A stretch of DNA of 20,000 nucleotides from Rhizaria sp. SCN 62-66 (GCA_001724265.1 MEDY01000099.1:57932-77931); one strand, 5' to 3'. Numbered from the stretch's first letter, positions 1 through 15,000 are shown. Made by a program: numbers and translations. The notes: generated from the letters alone by a model not told the origin.

Positions 1-2
1 TT

Positions 3-3000
3 ACTGGATTGTGTGTCCCTGCACCGGCTCCCGATGCCGCTTGGCAGCCTGTGACGGAAGGCGCAGAGGACCGTCTCTCAGATATGCTTGCCCTGCAGCA
101 ATGGCTCTCTGCTCCATCATCTGCACAGATGTTGCTATCCTGCGTTGGACCTGCACCTGCTGGCGCGTTGGCGTTCGAGCCACCGGCACCTGGAAGTCGC
201 TTCCGCATCGTTCCTTCAGGCACGATTTTCTTGTCGAACGCGCGTCCTGTTCGCCAACACGATGAAGACGCTGAAGTGAAACAAGAAGACAACGATAGCG
301 GTGTCGCGGGCGATGAGAAGGCGATTGCCGCCGTGCTTGCATCCGCTGCAGACACTGCATCGCTCGATCTAACACCCCGGCAGCCTGTGCTTGTGGCTGC
401 TGCCCAACGCACATTGACCGACGAGGAAGAGTTCTATATGCTTCATTCGCCCGAGCTTTATCTCGACTTTGCTCGTGGCCAGCTGGAGCTTACCCCACGT
501 GCGGCGTTGTTGGCCGACCGCCGTAGCGCTCACACCATTGCGCGTGCAGGCAGCCGCGTGTTTGAGTCGCTCGCACCTATTGACGCTACACGTGCATTTG
601 ATCCTACTGCACTTTCACTCGCCCCTCTTTCGCTTCGCTCTGTCCCTGTTGCACACGCTGCCGCTGGAACTGCACCTGAGCAGTGTGTGGTCTCTCAACA
701 CGCTGTCACATTTGCGCCCTATGCCACCACAGCCTCTGGTGCGTCTGCTGACGCAAGTAACGCACTTGTTGCATTGTCTGGCCGTCCCCAGTCAGCTGGA
801 ACCCGTGCCCGCGGGCATGCCTTAGCTGATGCAGCGGACCCTTCTGTGGCGGGTGTGCTTCACCAAGGTTTTGTGGCTGCTGTATCTGCGCGTGATGGTT
901 TCCTGAGCGCTGTCCCCGTTACGGGCCAGTCCGCGGGCGCGTTAGTGGTGGTGCCTGCGACAAGCATTGCTTTTGGCAAGTTCCGAGTTGATGGCTGCAA
1001 GAGTGACTACATCGTTTTCCGCTCTCATTATCTCGTCTCGGTTGTTGTCACTTTGCGCTGGCGCCACTCGCCAGACCAGAACCCGTTCTCCTTATCTGAC
1101 CGCACTTTCCGACTCGAACCAAAGGATGCGTACGTTGTCCAAGTGCGCTTTGAGCCAACTTCACAAGGAGCCTGTCGTGAGACATTGCAGATTGTAGTCA
1201 CAGAGCCCATCGCTTTCAGCACAAACGAAATGCTGACCTCACCCCGTGCCCGTGCAGAGGCCAGTACTCCTTCTCGCGGGTCTTTGCCTCCGGCACGCGT
1301 GCTGATGACGCGTGAGCTCATTGTTACGGGCACGGGCTACCACTCTCGATTTGACGGTCTCCCTACTCGTCTTTGCGTTGGTAGCACGCCTCTCGGTACG
1401 ATGGCTGTGACACACTTTACGCTACGTAATGTCGGCTATGTTGCTGACTCGGTCATAATCTATTGCCCGCCACCTTTCCTTGCGTCCGAGACTGAGTTCA
1501 CTCTCCCGCCTAAGGCGAGTAAGACCGTAATTCTTTTCTACATGCCTCAGCGTGCCGAAATTCTTGCACGTACTGTGTGCGTTGTTGCGGGCGCGCATCT
1601 GCATCGGTTTACTATTTCTGCCGCAGCAGGAATTTTGTCTGTTGCTGCACTCACGCACGCATCCCTGATTGCCAGGCGATCGTCGACTTCGGCTGTTTAT
1701 TCTTCAGTCTCTGCTGGAACTGGCGCTCCCCTCGACGCACTTACACAGCGCCTTCGGAATAGCAACGTGCACAATGACACTGACGCTGCTTCTACTATTG
1801 GTGCTCTGACCGCACCTGTGGTTGCCTCATGCGAGCTTGCGTTTGGCTCCGTTCCTGTGAACACAATTGTCACCATGCGTGTGTACATTGCCAACACTGG
1901 TTCCTTGCCTCTACGTGTCACTCGAGTGACTACCCAGGCGATGAACAGGCCCACTGTGACCCACCGCGGTTCTCTGCCGTCTGGGCGCACAGCCCAAAGC
2001 AGCAACTCAACAAGCGATTTTGCGTTTGTTCCTCGCCGCCTAATTTCCTCCGATTTGTCTGCACCTGCCTCACAATTAGCTGCGGCTGATGCTGCCGCGT
2101 TGGGTGGCGTTCGTGGCAGCGAGAGTGATGCTGGCGTGCGTTACACGCGCGATTTATGGGGCTGGCTCCGCTCGAACCTTGCATCAGCTGTTGAGGCTGC
2201 TCGTGAGGCCCAGGACGTGCAAGTCAACGTGCACCAAGCTTCCGAGCTTGCTGCTGCGCTTGCTGCTGCTAATGCCTACGCCAATGCGAAGCGTTCGAGC
2301 ACGGTTGTTGCCCGCTCGCGATATTTAGGAGGCAGTGACCGGGGCGCCACTGCACGTGATGCGGCGACGGCTGCGAACAACGCTGCTGCTGCCGCTGCTG
2401 CTGCAGCTGTCGCAGCTGCGGAGGCGAGTGGCATGGCTGAGCAACAGTCGTACGCCGCACAGGCGCTTGAGCGGCTGTGCGCTGTGACCATTCCTCCACG
2501 TCACTCGCTCGCCGTTGATGTTGAGTTTCGCCCGCGATCTCACGCTTCAGTTGACGCTACTGTCTTCATCACACTCTCTGAGGCACCGCCGAGCGCTGAG
2601 CCTGTGCGTGTTGCTGCTACTAACAAGGCCCTTGCACTTCGCATGTCGCCCGCTGCGGCTTCTCTGCAGGGCGGCGCATTCTCTTCTGTCACAGCAGCCG
2701 CTGTGCAGGCGCGTATGGCGCCTGTTACGGTTGTGCCTGCGCGCGCAGTTGATGCATACGCGCAGCGCTATCTCAATCTTCTTCAGGCGCGCGAGTCCGT
2801 CACCCGCGATCTCAGCGCCGTTGCGCACCCGTCCGTGCGGCTTCTGCGCCAGCGCAGGCTTGTTGAGCGTCGGCTTGAGGAGGATTATGGCGTTGAGCCA
2901 GCTGCTCGTGGAGCCGCTTGCTCTGATGCAATTTCCAGTGACGCGGGTGGCGACGGAGTCTTTGCAGAAGCTGGCGCATCTTTGATGGGTGCCAATGAAG

Positions 3001-6000
3001 CTCCTGCTGGTGCTCAAACGCTGCTGCAGACAATGCTTGCAGCTGGCCTCCGTGCGGGCTCTGCTGCATCACTTGCTGCAGCGCTGCGTATCTCCGGTAG
3101 CTGCCAGCGTTCAGTGCACTGCGCGCCCACCTCTCTTAACTTTGGTGCTGTAGCACTCGGATTGTCTCTCACTGCGCCTGCACCGTCTCGTGCCGCACTG
3201 GTTCACTCCTTTACTCAGGCAGTCAACAACAATAGTATTGCTGCGCGCTCTGGCAGCATGTCTGACTCTGCTGCTGGGTCTGCGTTTGCACTGACATCGG
3301 AGCAGCTCACTATTATTGAGGGCGAACTTGCTCCTCCTACTGGTGGTTTTATTATCACAGCTGGCGGAGTTTCTCCCGCTACAGTCTCTACATCTCGTCC
3401 ATCAACCGGCACTTCCGCATTAAGCAGCGCCACTGGCGCGAGTGCGCGCGTTAAGCAGACGCTAACGGACGTGATGACATTCTCTGTGCAGAACTCATCT
3501 CTACAGCCTCAGGACATTCTCCTTGAGGCGGTGTCTCCGTCGTGCTTCACAGTCCTGTCCAAGCGCGTGCTGTGGGTTCTGCAGCCCGGAGAGGTGGTTC
3601 ACATCCCGGTGCTCTTTACTCCGACCGTCACCACGGTCACTGCGCACGTTGGCACGCTTAACATTCCGGTTGCCGGCTCCGGAGCTGGTAAGCCTGGACG
3701 CCGTGGCTCTGCATTACTCTCGCACACACGCGTGCTGACTTCGTCACCGCCTTTGACAACCTCCAGTATCTCCTCTTCAGGCAACTCTGCTGCACCCGCA
3801 GCGACTGCAATGAGTGTGCAGCGTCAGGCGTTGCTTGTAGAGCCTACTCTAGGATCATTGCAGCTTAAGCACAAGTTTGGCACGACTTCCATTGCTCTTC
3901 GTGGTCTGGGAGCTTTTACACGTTTCGTTCTAGCTGGTGCGGATGCTATTGATGATGCTGAGCGTGCCGTGCTTGACACAGCGCTCCGTGCTGCCGCCAC
4001 GTCCGTCACCGCTAATGCCTGGAATGACGCACCCGCGCCAGCGCAGACGACTTCTGCCTCGGCAGGTTACCTGACATCGCTAAGCGGTGTTTTCACTGGT
4101 GTCCCTGGTGGCGTTGGCTCCACAGCTAATACTACGGCTGGATCTGTTGCTCTGCCTTCTGCAGCGTTGTCTTCCGGACTTGAGCGTCTGCGCCAGTCAA
4201 TCAACGCGAGCAACTCTACAGCACTTGTCGCTCCCAGCGGTACGGTGTCGCTTCCGGCTGCGCAGGACTCGTCGCTAGCTGCGAGGTTGGTGCGCGATGT
4301 GCCGCAGGGCGTGCAGCGGGCTTACCGCGCTGTGTTCCCTGCAGTGGCTGTTGGAGACCGCGTGACGCACACAATCTACGCTGTTAATACGGGCAAGCTT
4401 CCTGGCGAGGTCACTGTTGCTTGTGTGGACGCACCCTTTGCGCTCCTTGACATAGCAACAGGCGAGCCTTGCAGTGTTGTCACTACTGTCGTACCGGGTG
4501 ACTCTTCGCTCGCGCTCACGGTTGCTTGCCACCCGCTGCGTGGAGACCAACAGGTCTTCCGTGGCCGGGTGCAGCTCGCTTGGCGCGCGACGCCTACTGC
4601 GGCACCCGTCCTTGAGACAGTATATGTCACTGCAGCGGCGGGGCAGCCGCGTCTGGCATGTGACGCTACCCACGTTAACTACGGACTTGTGGTGCTACGC
4701 AAAACTGCAACGCGCGACGTGACTCTTCGCAACACGGGCGATGTCCCTCTTCGCTGGACCGCTCACGCGTTGCCGCAGCCGGGCTTCGCCGACGCTCCGC
4801 CCGCGCCCCGTGCGGCTATTGCGGCCGACGATGACGAACAGGACGGTGAGCAAGATGACCGGTCGTGGTTTGCTGTCGCGCCCGCAGGCGGCGTGATTTC
4901 GCCTCACTCTTCGTCCACGCTTCAGGTGTCGTTTGGTGCACGCAGTCTTGACGCGCTGCATAGCGCGATTGAGATCGGTGGCGATGGTGGTGCGCTGCAG
5001 CTTGTCTGCAGCGGCCGCGTGATTGTGCCGCAGTTGATGGTGCCTACCCACCTTGACCGTGATTTTGGTACTGCAACCGTGAATCAGACGCAGGAGGTGT
5101 TCTTTGAGGTTCACAATGCGGGAACTTCAACGCTATCACTTATCTCACGTATCGACAGTGTTACCACTGAAACCCCTACTGATGCCGCCGACGAAAGCTT
5201 TGTTCAGTTGATGCTGCGTGGCCGCGACGGTAGCGTACGCCCCGCTCACGCTGCACCCCGTGCTCCTCTCACAATGACTCCCGCGCTGACTTCTGCTGCT
5301 GACTCTTCTGCCGCGCTGCCTGACACAACATGCGAGGCTATGGAGCGCGTTTTCGCAGCCGAGGGTGACGCAGCAACGCAGCCTCACGTGCATCAGCAAG
5401 GGCCTTTCCAGGTTGAGCCTGCATTTGCAGAGATTCCGCCGCACTCGACGCTGCGTATTGCTGTGCGCGCGACGCCTTCACGCCTCGGTGCTCGTTCTCG
5501 TGGTCGCCTGCTTATGTGCCCCGTTTACCCGCAGTTCTCCTCCGAGCACAACCGTGACGTTTTTCGTGTTGTTGACGTGCACGCAGGCGCGCTTACCTGC
5601 CTTGGCGGTGGTCCCTCGATGCATCTGGTTGTGACAATTGACGAGGCCCGTGTGCGTGCGTGGGCTGCAGACGTGGGTGTTGATCCCATTTCCGCGTTCC
5701 CTCGCGAGGCTGGCGTTGTTCCGGTTGGTGTTGTTCGTGCAGGCACTCGTGCATCTTTGCCCGATGTTCGCCTTGTCAACAGCGGTAACATGCCCGGCCA
5801 CGTTCTGCTGCGTCCTACTAACAGTCAGCGCAGTGACTTGGATCAGGCACGCTCGCTAAATGCGCGTGTTGGCAGGACTGCCGGTGGTGCAGCCAAACAG
5901 CTCCCTGCTGCTGCTGTGCGCGGGGATGAGGAAGTGTTCTCGCTGACACCGCTGCAGGTCAAGTTATCGCCGGGCCAATCCGCGCAAGTCAGTCTTTCGT

Positions 6001-9000
6001 GCCAGAGCGCTGCCGTTGGGTTTGTTCAACGGTCATTCGACGCTTTTTGTCCCGAGGTTAACGGCATGCATGCTTTCAGTCTTCTTGCATTCACCGTGAC
6101 GCACGCGTTGCAGCTTCAGCTGCCTGCTCCGCTCGCATTTGCTGCGATTACGGGTGCTGCAGCTCTGACTCCCGCGGCTCAACATGCACAGCGCGCCCTA
6201 GGCGCATCCCCTGCTTTGGCCAGGCTTGTTGCTACTGCTTTGGCAGGCGCTGGTGGTATCTCTCACTTGCAATTTGGCATCTGCCAGAGCGGTCAAGTGC
6301 ATTCACGCTCTGTGATGTTGCATAACTCCGGCTCTATTTCGCTGACACTGACTGTCTCAGTCCGCGCTGCGCTACCAACTCTGTCATCACAGGCGACGAC
6401 ACCTGTTGCTACGGCCCCGCCGTCACGTGCGACGACGGCATCATACACAAGCGTTGTTAACCGCAATGTTGCAGCTTCTGCTCATACACTCCCTGCGCCT
6501 GCATCGATTGGTGCGCCCACGCGCGCCAAGGCTATTGCAGCCGCAGCTGCAGCTGCAGCTGTCGCCAACGGTGGCGACACCGATGACGACTTGTTTACTT
6601 CATCCGAAGATGAGGACGCTGCTGGCGCGCCTACGAAGTCTGATGACTCACTCTCGCTTGCTGCTATCCGCGAAGCGGACGCCATGCAGCGTGAGCAACA
6701 GCAGCGTGATTTTCAGGCGGCAGCTGCGACGGGCGTCGTTGAAACCCCTGTGGCTGCACCGGCCGCTCATGCGACCGACCGTCGTGGTAGCTATGGTGGC
6801 GCTGCTCAACAGACGCACGAGCTGTCATATCTTGCCAACGGGGCTGTCATTGTCACCGAGACTCCTGGCGGTGTGTTGGACGAGCGTACGCTGGACGGAT
6901 TGAAGCTGCAACAACGCCTTTCCATAATCAATTCGGACACACTGCCATTTGTTCTTATCGCTCCGCCCGACGCGAGCGCTATTGATGGCATCACTACAGC
7001 TAAGACTGGCAAGCGTGCCACCTTCGCACCCGACACTGTCGAGCCCGCAACCCCACGCGCTCCTCGTGGTCTTTCGTCTTCGAAGTCGACGATGAACTTG
7101 CTCACGGGACCCTCACTGGAGCTCCGTGTTCCTGCCGCACCACCCAGCGATGACGACAGCACTACAGGCGGCAATGACGCTGAGTGTCACGAGTTTACTG
7201 TGACAGTTCCGCCTGGCGAGCTCTTTACGTTTGAAGTGTCCTACCGGCCTCATCACAGCGGTCGTCAAGATAATGGCGTCATTGCTGTGCTGTGGCTAGG
7301 TGCTCCTTTCTTAGTGCAGCTCTCGGCGACAGGCGGTGCAGGCCGCATGCAGCTTGCTTTGCCGCCCGCACACGAGCGTGCAACAGACTTGCACGACCCC
7401 GCTGCGACATCATCAGATCCTTACGCCGAGCAAAACAGTAGCTACACATCGTTTGGCGCATCGACCTCCGCACCCTCATCCGGGCTAGTGACCCCGGTGC
7501 GTCAGCGCCGTGGTGGCGTGGGTTCACTTCCGCCTGCTTCGATGGCACCCGCACGGCGCGGTTCGAGCGGCCAAGTGGACACAATTTTCTCGCGCTTTGA
7601 GCGCGGACTGCGCCTTTCAGGTGTTGCTGGTGCTGTAGTTCCTGCGGCAATGCTGGATCTTGGCCGCCGTGTGCGCTACTTAGAGTCTCTGGAAACTATC
7701 ACGCTGACGAACGCTGGCACACTGCCGTGCCAGTACCGTATCGAGCTTGACGGCGACGGTTTGGGCCTCTGGTCTGTTGAACTGGCGCGTGCTCCCCCGC
7801 CGCTTATTGCCCCTGGCTCGACTGAGGAGGACGCTGCCGCTGCGGCGCACATGCACGTCCCCATGCTTGCGGGCCCGCCAGTGGTGTATCTCACCGGCGC
7901 TGGTAGCGCGCTACTGACCTCTCCAGCTGCCGCTGGCCGTCAGGGCGGTGACGACGACAACGACAATGCATATGGCAGTGGGCTACCGACGGCTGCGTTA
8001 GTGACGTTGTTGGCAGGCCAGAAGGCGTCTGTCACCATTTCAGTCACGGCGCTTATTCATGGTGAGTCTTTCGGCTTCATGCGTGTCTGCGAAGTTGATG
8101 ACGGCCCCACTGGCCCCGCGCGCGGCCCTGCGAGCGAGTCTGCGGGCAGCAGTGTGCCTCCACCAGACCACAACAGTCCCAACAAGCTTTACTCGCGCCT
8201 CACCATCGGTGGCGGAGCGGGGATGAGCGGTCCCTCTGGTGGCTCCAGCGCACCCCGCCGCTTGTTTGTGGTGCCGATTCGCGTTGTGGGTGGCACGTTC
8301 AACGTATCTGTGCCCGATGTTGTTGACTTTGGTGAGGTGCCCGTTGACTCACAGCTCCAGCGCCCGATCCACCTGCGAAACAAGGGCGATGTTGCCTTTC
8401 GTCTGTGTTTGTACTGCGACCCTTCACTTTATGGTAAGCTCGGCTTCCTCACCGCTGAGGCCGCTGCAGAGGCTGCTGCAGCCGCTGCTGCTGCTAATGC
8501 TGCCGCGAACCGCCGCAGCAAAGCCAATCGCGCGACCGCCGCGACTCCTGTGTCTGCCTCTGGCACTGGGCGGGTAACTGCTCCGTCCACCTTGCCAGTG
8601 CCTGCGGCATCGTCGCTGACCCAGCTGCATGTTATCACTTTGCTTCCAGGCCAGGAAGCAACTGTGCAGGCCGTATATGCCCCTGATGAGGCTGCGACCG
8701 TGGCGTCGTCAATTTGTGTGATCCCTCACTTACTGACATCACTTGCTGCTTCTGATGACGACACTGTTGGAGACACCCCTGTTGGTAATTTCATTGCACC
8801 ACCACCTGGAGCCGCTATTGCACCTGGCGCAGCCTCGCTCGGCTCCCCGCTGGCCACAGCTATGCTGCCTCCGGGCCAGTTTGCTGTCACAGCGTCGCTG
8901 AACCAGCCGCAGCTTCTGACAGGTCCCGAGTCGTCGGCACTGACGCCGCTGTACATTCCTCTGGCGGCCTCAGCGCGGCGTCTTGAGTTGGTTCTCAACG

Positions 9001-12000
9001 ACGTCACACCTGTGGCACTTGGCAAGGTCGCGTTCGGAACCACGCTTTCTGTGACACGCCTGCTCACAAACCCGACGCGCTCAGCACCACTGCGCTTCCG
9101 CCTTGACTTGCGCACAGAGACTGACGCAGATGCACTTCGCGCGGCGCATGCGAATTCCATCACTGGGCCCATTTCTGGATTCCCGGTGGCCGCTGAGAAA
9201 GAATCGATCGATGAAGCAGCGATGGCTGCTGCTCATGCCGCACTGAGGCATTGGTCAGTTATGCCTGTTGAGGGCGTACTCGAGCCTCTTTCTTCAGTTA
9301 CCGTTACAATCACATACTCCGCCACCTCTGGTGATGCTGACGCTGAACATGCTGCGGTCCTTGTGGTCATGAACGCTCTTGAGCGTGCTGGCCTTTCCGG
9401 CTCAGGCCCCGGGAAAGAAGCTCCCACAGCGGCCGTTGCGCTCTCTGCGTCTGTGGCCTTCCCGAAGCTGGAAATTGCTCCTGTGCCTCCTTTTGGACTT
9501 TGTCTCTTTCCACCTTCTCAATGTGTACCGCACTACCGCAATGGCGCTCTCAGCCGCACCAGCTCTGGTGCGCCAGCATCGTTGCATGACCTGCTGATTG
9601 CGCCCATTGCTGCTCTTCTAGCTTCTTCATCACGTCCCCAACCGCCTAGCGCGCAGCTTGGCACGACGGGCGCAATGTCGGTGCTGCCGGGTGAGGCGGC
9701 CGTGCAGCGTGCATGGCTTCCTCAGGTGTCGTCGCGGCGTTTCTTCCTGCGCAATGCTGGTACAGGCAAGATCCCTTTTAAGGCGTCTGTGGTTGTCGAT
9801 GCTGCCTTCAACCCGTCAGGCGACTGGGCTCTACAGCACCCGCCCTTCTTCATCACTGCTGCTGTTGGCGGTGCTTACAACCCGTACGCACCTGCGACTT
9901 CCCCCGCTGTGCACACTGTGTCTGCGTCCGGTGCTGGTGCCGCGTGGCGTCGCGCTGTTCATTCCGACGGTCTTCTGCGCGCGCGCTCTGCCGCACGCGT
10001 CTTGCCGGAGCTTTTGGCTGCAGAGACAGGTGGTCGCGTTGCTGCTGGCATTAACAAAAACACGCTTGCTGCCATCACACAGCGTTCTGCAGGTGTCGCT
10101 TGGGGTCGCCGTGCGGTTCCTGCCGCTGGTGAGCATGCGGACTCTGTGTTTGCACGCCCATTTTTCTCTGCTGTCGAGGAGGGTGCTACTACTGCTGTTG
10201 ATGTCTGGTTTGCACCTACGCACGCGGGCCTCTATCGCGCATTCTTGCTCCTTGAATCTCCTGCTGGTACGGAACGCGTTGCATTGCTCGGCATTGGCTC
10301 CAGCATGGCGCTCACTGTTGACATGTTCACCACCGCAGCGCTCTCCGCGCATCCTCGATCGCTCGCCGTTGCTGCGGGACGAGTGTCACCACGTGTGCTT
10401 GCCGCCGCTGTTGCTGCTGCTGCGTTGCGGACGGAGTCCTTCACGGCAGGCGTGTCCGCGCGCACAGTAATGGCAAACGCAGCACAGAGCGCGATTGATC
10501 TCGGCGATATTGCTATCGGTGCTTCAATCACGCATCGAATCACGCTCAGCAACTCCAGTGGACATCCCGTTGTTGTGTCGGCCACGCTTAATCCCGAGGC
10601 TGGCGCTGCGGAAGCTGCGGCTGGCGCACTTATCCAAGCACTCGCTCCACAGCTGCACTATATCGGCCGCAGCCTCTTCGCATCATATACACGTGGACCC
10701 CTCGCTCTTCTGCAACGTGCGTTGGTGCCTGAATGGAGCTTGGACGAGCCTTGGAGCCTCTCCGCTGCCGATATTGCTGCGGTCCCAGGCTCTTCGGAGT
10801 CTCCTGTCGCGTCGCTTCTTACGGCTACATTGTCTCAACGCGCGCTTTCTGTAATTGCTCACGCGTTGGCGGCTCGCGGCCCTGCTGATGCAACTGTGTT
10901 TGATTCGGAGATCTCTCTTGCCGCTGCGAAACCAGCAGGTGCGGTTGAGCCGAGCCCAATATTGAGTCCTGCCGCTTCATCTACTCCCGCGGTAATGTCT
11001 ACAACTGATCTTGCACGTGGTCTCAGCACACTGGTGCTGCTCACGCGCCACTTCCAGCAGGATTCTTCTGTGTTTAACGCGCCGCTTCTGAGCGCGCATG
11101 TTGACCATTACTCTCGGTCCGCAGCGGCACCCCGCACTGTCGAGCAGCAGTCTGAGTGGGCTCCCGATGCGCCGTACGGACTCGCCCTTGATGTCACGTT
11201 TCCAGACACTGCTGATGACGATGCCGACGTAACACCGATGTTGCAAGACCGTTCGATGCCGGGTGCGGTCGGCGCCGTCGACACGGTCGGAGCGGCTGCT
11301 GCGGCACGCCAGCGTCTGCGCGAACTTCGCACCCGTCTGCGTCTCTCACGGCGTTTACACTCTATTGCAGCTGCAACACCAATTGCTGCGACGCTGCGCG
11401 CGTTAGTGGCGGCTGTGTGGGGTGATGAGCTGATTTTGCTTGCTGACGCCGAAGCTGTGGACATTGAACCTGTCACTACGCATCTTTCACCTGCTCGTCA
11501 GGCGCGTGTCGCGCGCTGGGTACAACTTGCGGCTGCGTTGTTGCAAGCGCGTGATTCGGCACCTGCGCTGACTGATGCATTATCTGTAGCTGATGGTGTT
11601 CCTGTGGCACAAGCTTTGCCTGTGCTGACGGTCGGCTCTGATGGTGTGGCCCACTGCGACGCACAGTCTGCCGATGGACTGGCGGGCATGCGTGGACAGC
11701 GCGTGCTACCGCTGCTCACGGTTTTTCCGACAAGTCTGATTCTGGGCACTCGTGACGTTGATGCTGATGCCACGGCTTCACCCTCTGGGACGCCCAGCAA
11801 ACGCACGCGTGCACCACGTCCTGGTTTCCGTCTCGCACTTGCTGGCTCTGCTGGTGACGACGGTACTGTTGGACGGGAGGCGGACGCGGCTCGTGCGCGC
11901 CGTGCACTGGCGCTGCTGCCAATTGTGATTGCTAAGACACATGCCTCTCTAGAGGCGTTGCGCAATGAGCGCGAAGCTGAAGGCTCTGCTGGCGGCGATG

Positions 12001-15000
12001 GAGATGCAGCTGTGACGATTTCTATGATTGGACTCGGCGTGGGCTCATCTTCCGTTGATACGGATGGCGGCGATGGCGCTGTCTTTGCGGGGCTCACGCG
12101 TGAGGAAGAAGAGATCGCTGTCCGCGCGTCTCCGAATGCTGCACCCATTGCTACGCAAGATGATGATGCCGATCTCCGCGCTGTGCTGGCACTTGCGCGC
12201 TTTGCACTTGGGTTCTGTCCCTTTGCACCGGGTGTGGTCCGTGCATACGCAGAGCAGTGCATTATCGCACAGACGCGCGCCTCCGGTGAGCGCGATCCCC
12301 GCGCACCTTTGCCAGCATTTGACTCCCGCGATTTTGCCGATGCTGAGCTTGATGCGACGTTGGTGGGTGCTGCCGAGGCTGCAGCTGACGATGCTGTAGT
12401 TGTTGTTCTCCGTGAGGAGACGCGCCGTAAGCGTCGTGACGCCGCTAGCTCTCCCATTTCATCTCTCTCTTCGTCCGACTCAGCCTCTGATCTTCAGGCA
12501 ATTGCTGCGGGCCTCACCTCGGCCGACCAGAGCCCTTTCTCACTGCACGCTCTTTTCGTGCACGCGCGCCGCGCGCAACAAGAAACGGACCCCGCTGCCG
12601 GAAGTGCTAGTAATATTCGCGCGCGCCGCGAGCGCTACGCTGATACAGCGAGGACGCCCGCTGACCTGCCCGCTGCTCAGCACGTGTTTGTTCACGTTTT
12701 ACCGGAGCTGCCTATGATCACACATTCCGAGCTCACTGCGCGCAACCACTCTGACTCTGCTGCCCCGTCGCCAGCTATTTCGACTGCTACGTTCGGATTC
12801 GCAGGCACGGTCTCTGCGCATCCGACAGAGCCGGTGAATTCGGCGCTGTTGGTGCCTGACCCGCTGTTCTTGCGACGCGTGCTTGCGGCACAGGCGTTTT
12901 CTCGCACGCTTTATGTGACATCACCAGCAGGCGTGACACCGCTGACGGTGCGTGGCCGTGCTGTATTGTTGCCGATGCAACTCTCGCGCACCGCTCTTGA
13001 TATTGGACAGTGCTTCACCAACACACCTGTTGTGCGCCGCATCACCTTGCACAACCCTAACGCGGTTAACATGCCTTTCTCAGCTCAGACCAACTACGTC
13101 GCTTTTTCCGTGCAGCCGCCTGCGGGCGTGGTGCCAGCATACGGCTCAGTCGAGTTGGCAGTGCGCTTTTTGTCTTCGATTGCCCTTGACACGCGTAACC
13201 GCATCGCTGTGGCAGAACAGTGCACGCTGACTGTTTCAACCTATGGTGAACCTATTCTGGCTTTGCAGACTCTGCCGCTTGATGCGCAGTGCACCAACTA
13301 CGTGTTGGATACGGATCTTCTTACACCAGTTGATTTCGGGCACATTTTGCTCAATTCAACGACTGTTGCTACGCGTACCTTCCGGAACGCTTGTGACATC
13401 GATGTGCATTATACGCTTACTTTCGTCCCCGACGACGTTTCCGCCGCCGCTGCTGCAACTGCAGGTGTGGATCCTACGACGGTCTTCTCACTCGTACCTG
13501 CTGCGAACCGTACACACGATGCAGATCTGGATGCTTTCTCTGCCGGTCCGACCGCCGCGGGCGGCGCTGTGCGTATCCGAGCTGCGGATCGTGACGCAGT
13601 TATTCCTGCATTGGGTCACCGCGTGGTGCAGGTTGCTTTTACGCCACAATCGCGCGTGTCGCTTGCTGGCCACCTTGTTATTGATACGCGTGCGGGCCCC
13701 TACGCCATCCCCGTACGCGGTGTGGGCGTCGAGCCGACTGTGTCCGTTACTGGGCCGATCGACCCGCACTTGGGCACGAGCCGCACCGCCGTCGCGACGC
13801 TGTTGCCTGGCGGCGGCTTTGCGCCCCCTCACCTTGATGTTCCATTCGGTCTTACTGGCTTTGGTCAGCCCATGCAGCAGTGCTTCCAGGTCGAAAACAC
13901 GTGCTCACTGCCATTGCGCCTAAACTGCCAATGGCACCGCGTGCGCGTCAATACATGGGAGCCCAGCGCGGACCCCGACTCAGGCGGCATTGCCATGAAG
14001 GCTGAGGCCGACGTATGCCTGCGCTGGTCGCTTTCGCGCGAAGCCGCTTGGCTGCAGCCGGGGCAGGTGTGCGTTCTTACAGTCGTGTACCAGCCTACGA
14101 TGCCTCCTGAGGCTCTGGGCCGCCTTTTGCATCTGGACGAGGAAGACTCGGAGACCGCACAGGCTAACGATCGCGCGCGTGATGAACTTGCTGCGTTGCG
14201 TCGCTGGTATGACGACAACGACGACGACGATGACGCGGCAAACGATGCTGCTGGCGGCGATGACAATAGTACTGTCGATGCCCGTGCGCTAGCTATGCGC
14301 TCCCCTGGTGCAGACGCGGAGGAGGATAACGAGTCTGACGGTGCAGTGGAGATGCCATCCGTGCGCGATTGGGTTGCCAAGTCGCCCGCTGAACTGCTTG
14401 AGGAGCAGCGCCTGCGCCAACGCCAGGCGCGTGAGAAGTCACTTGAGCGCGCTGCGAAAAGTCGTGCTCGTTCGCTGCGTGGCCGTTTGGCTCGCCCTAA
14501 CGGCACGAACGGGACCAATGGTGTGTGGCGCACTCTCTTTGCCTCCGCGAACGGCCCCGCATCTCCCACAGCAACAGCTGCTGGCGGTCTCTTTGAGGCC
14601 GCGCTGGGCGACGGTCCTGTGGATGAGGAGACTCTGCAACGCATGCTGGCGCGCTTCCAGGACCGTGGCACGCTCGAGGTTTTCCACGACGAATGGCCGC
14701 GCCCCGTGCTTGCGCTTGCCGTGTCTGGCCGCGGCGGTGCACTGCGTCTCCACGTCGCTGCCGCGCCGTCTGTCGCCGACTTTGGTGCATCGCTACTTCC
14801 TTCGGCTACGGCCGCGCCCGCTCCGAATAAGAGCGGCGCTCTTGAGGTGCGCTTCGGTAGCATTCCTCTCGACACCGCGCGGTCGCGCACTATTACGGTC
14901 GCCAACCGCGGCCAGGTTCCGCTTTGTCTTGCTGCCGCACTCTCCACTGGCACTGGCGCAACTGTTGCATACGCTGCGGGCGCTATGGCCACTGGTGTTG

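Noticed and set aside
9-11. TTG start assigned by the ORF track
   Set aside because: The frame is open upstream to the window edge and the DNA is eukaryotic, so the true start lies outside the window.
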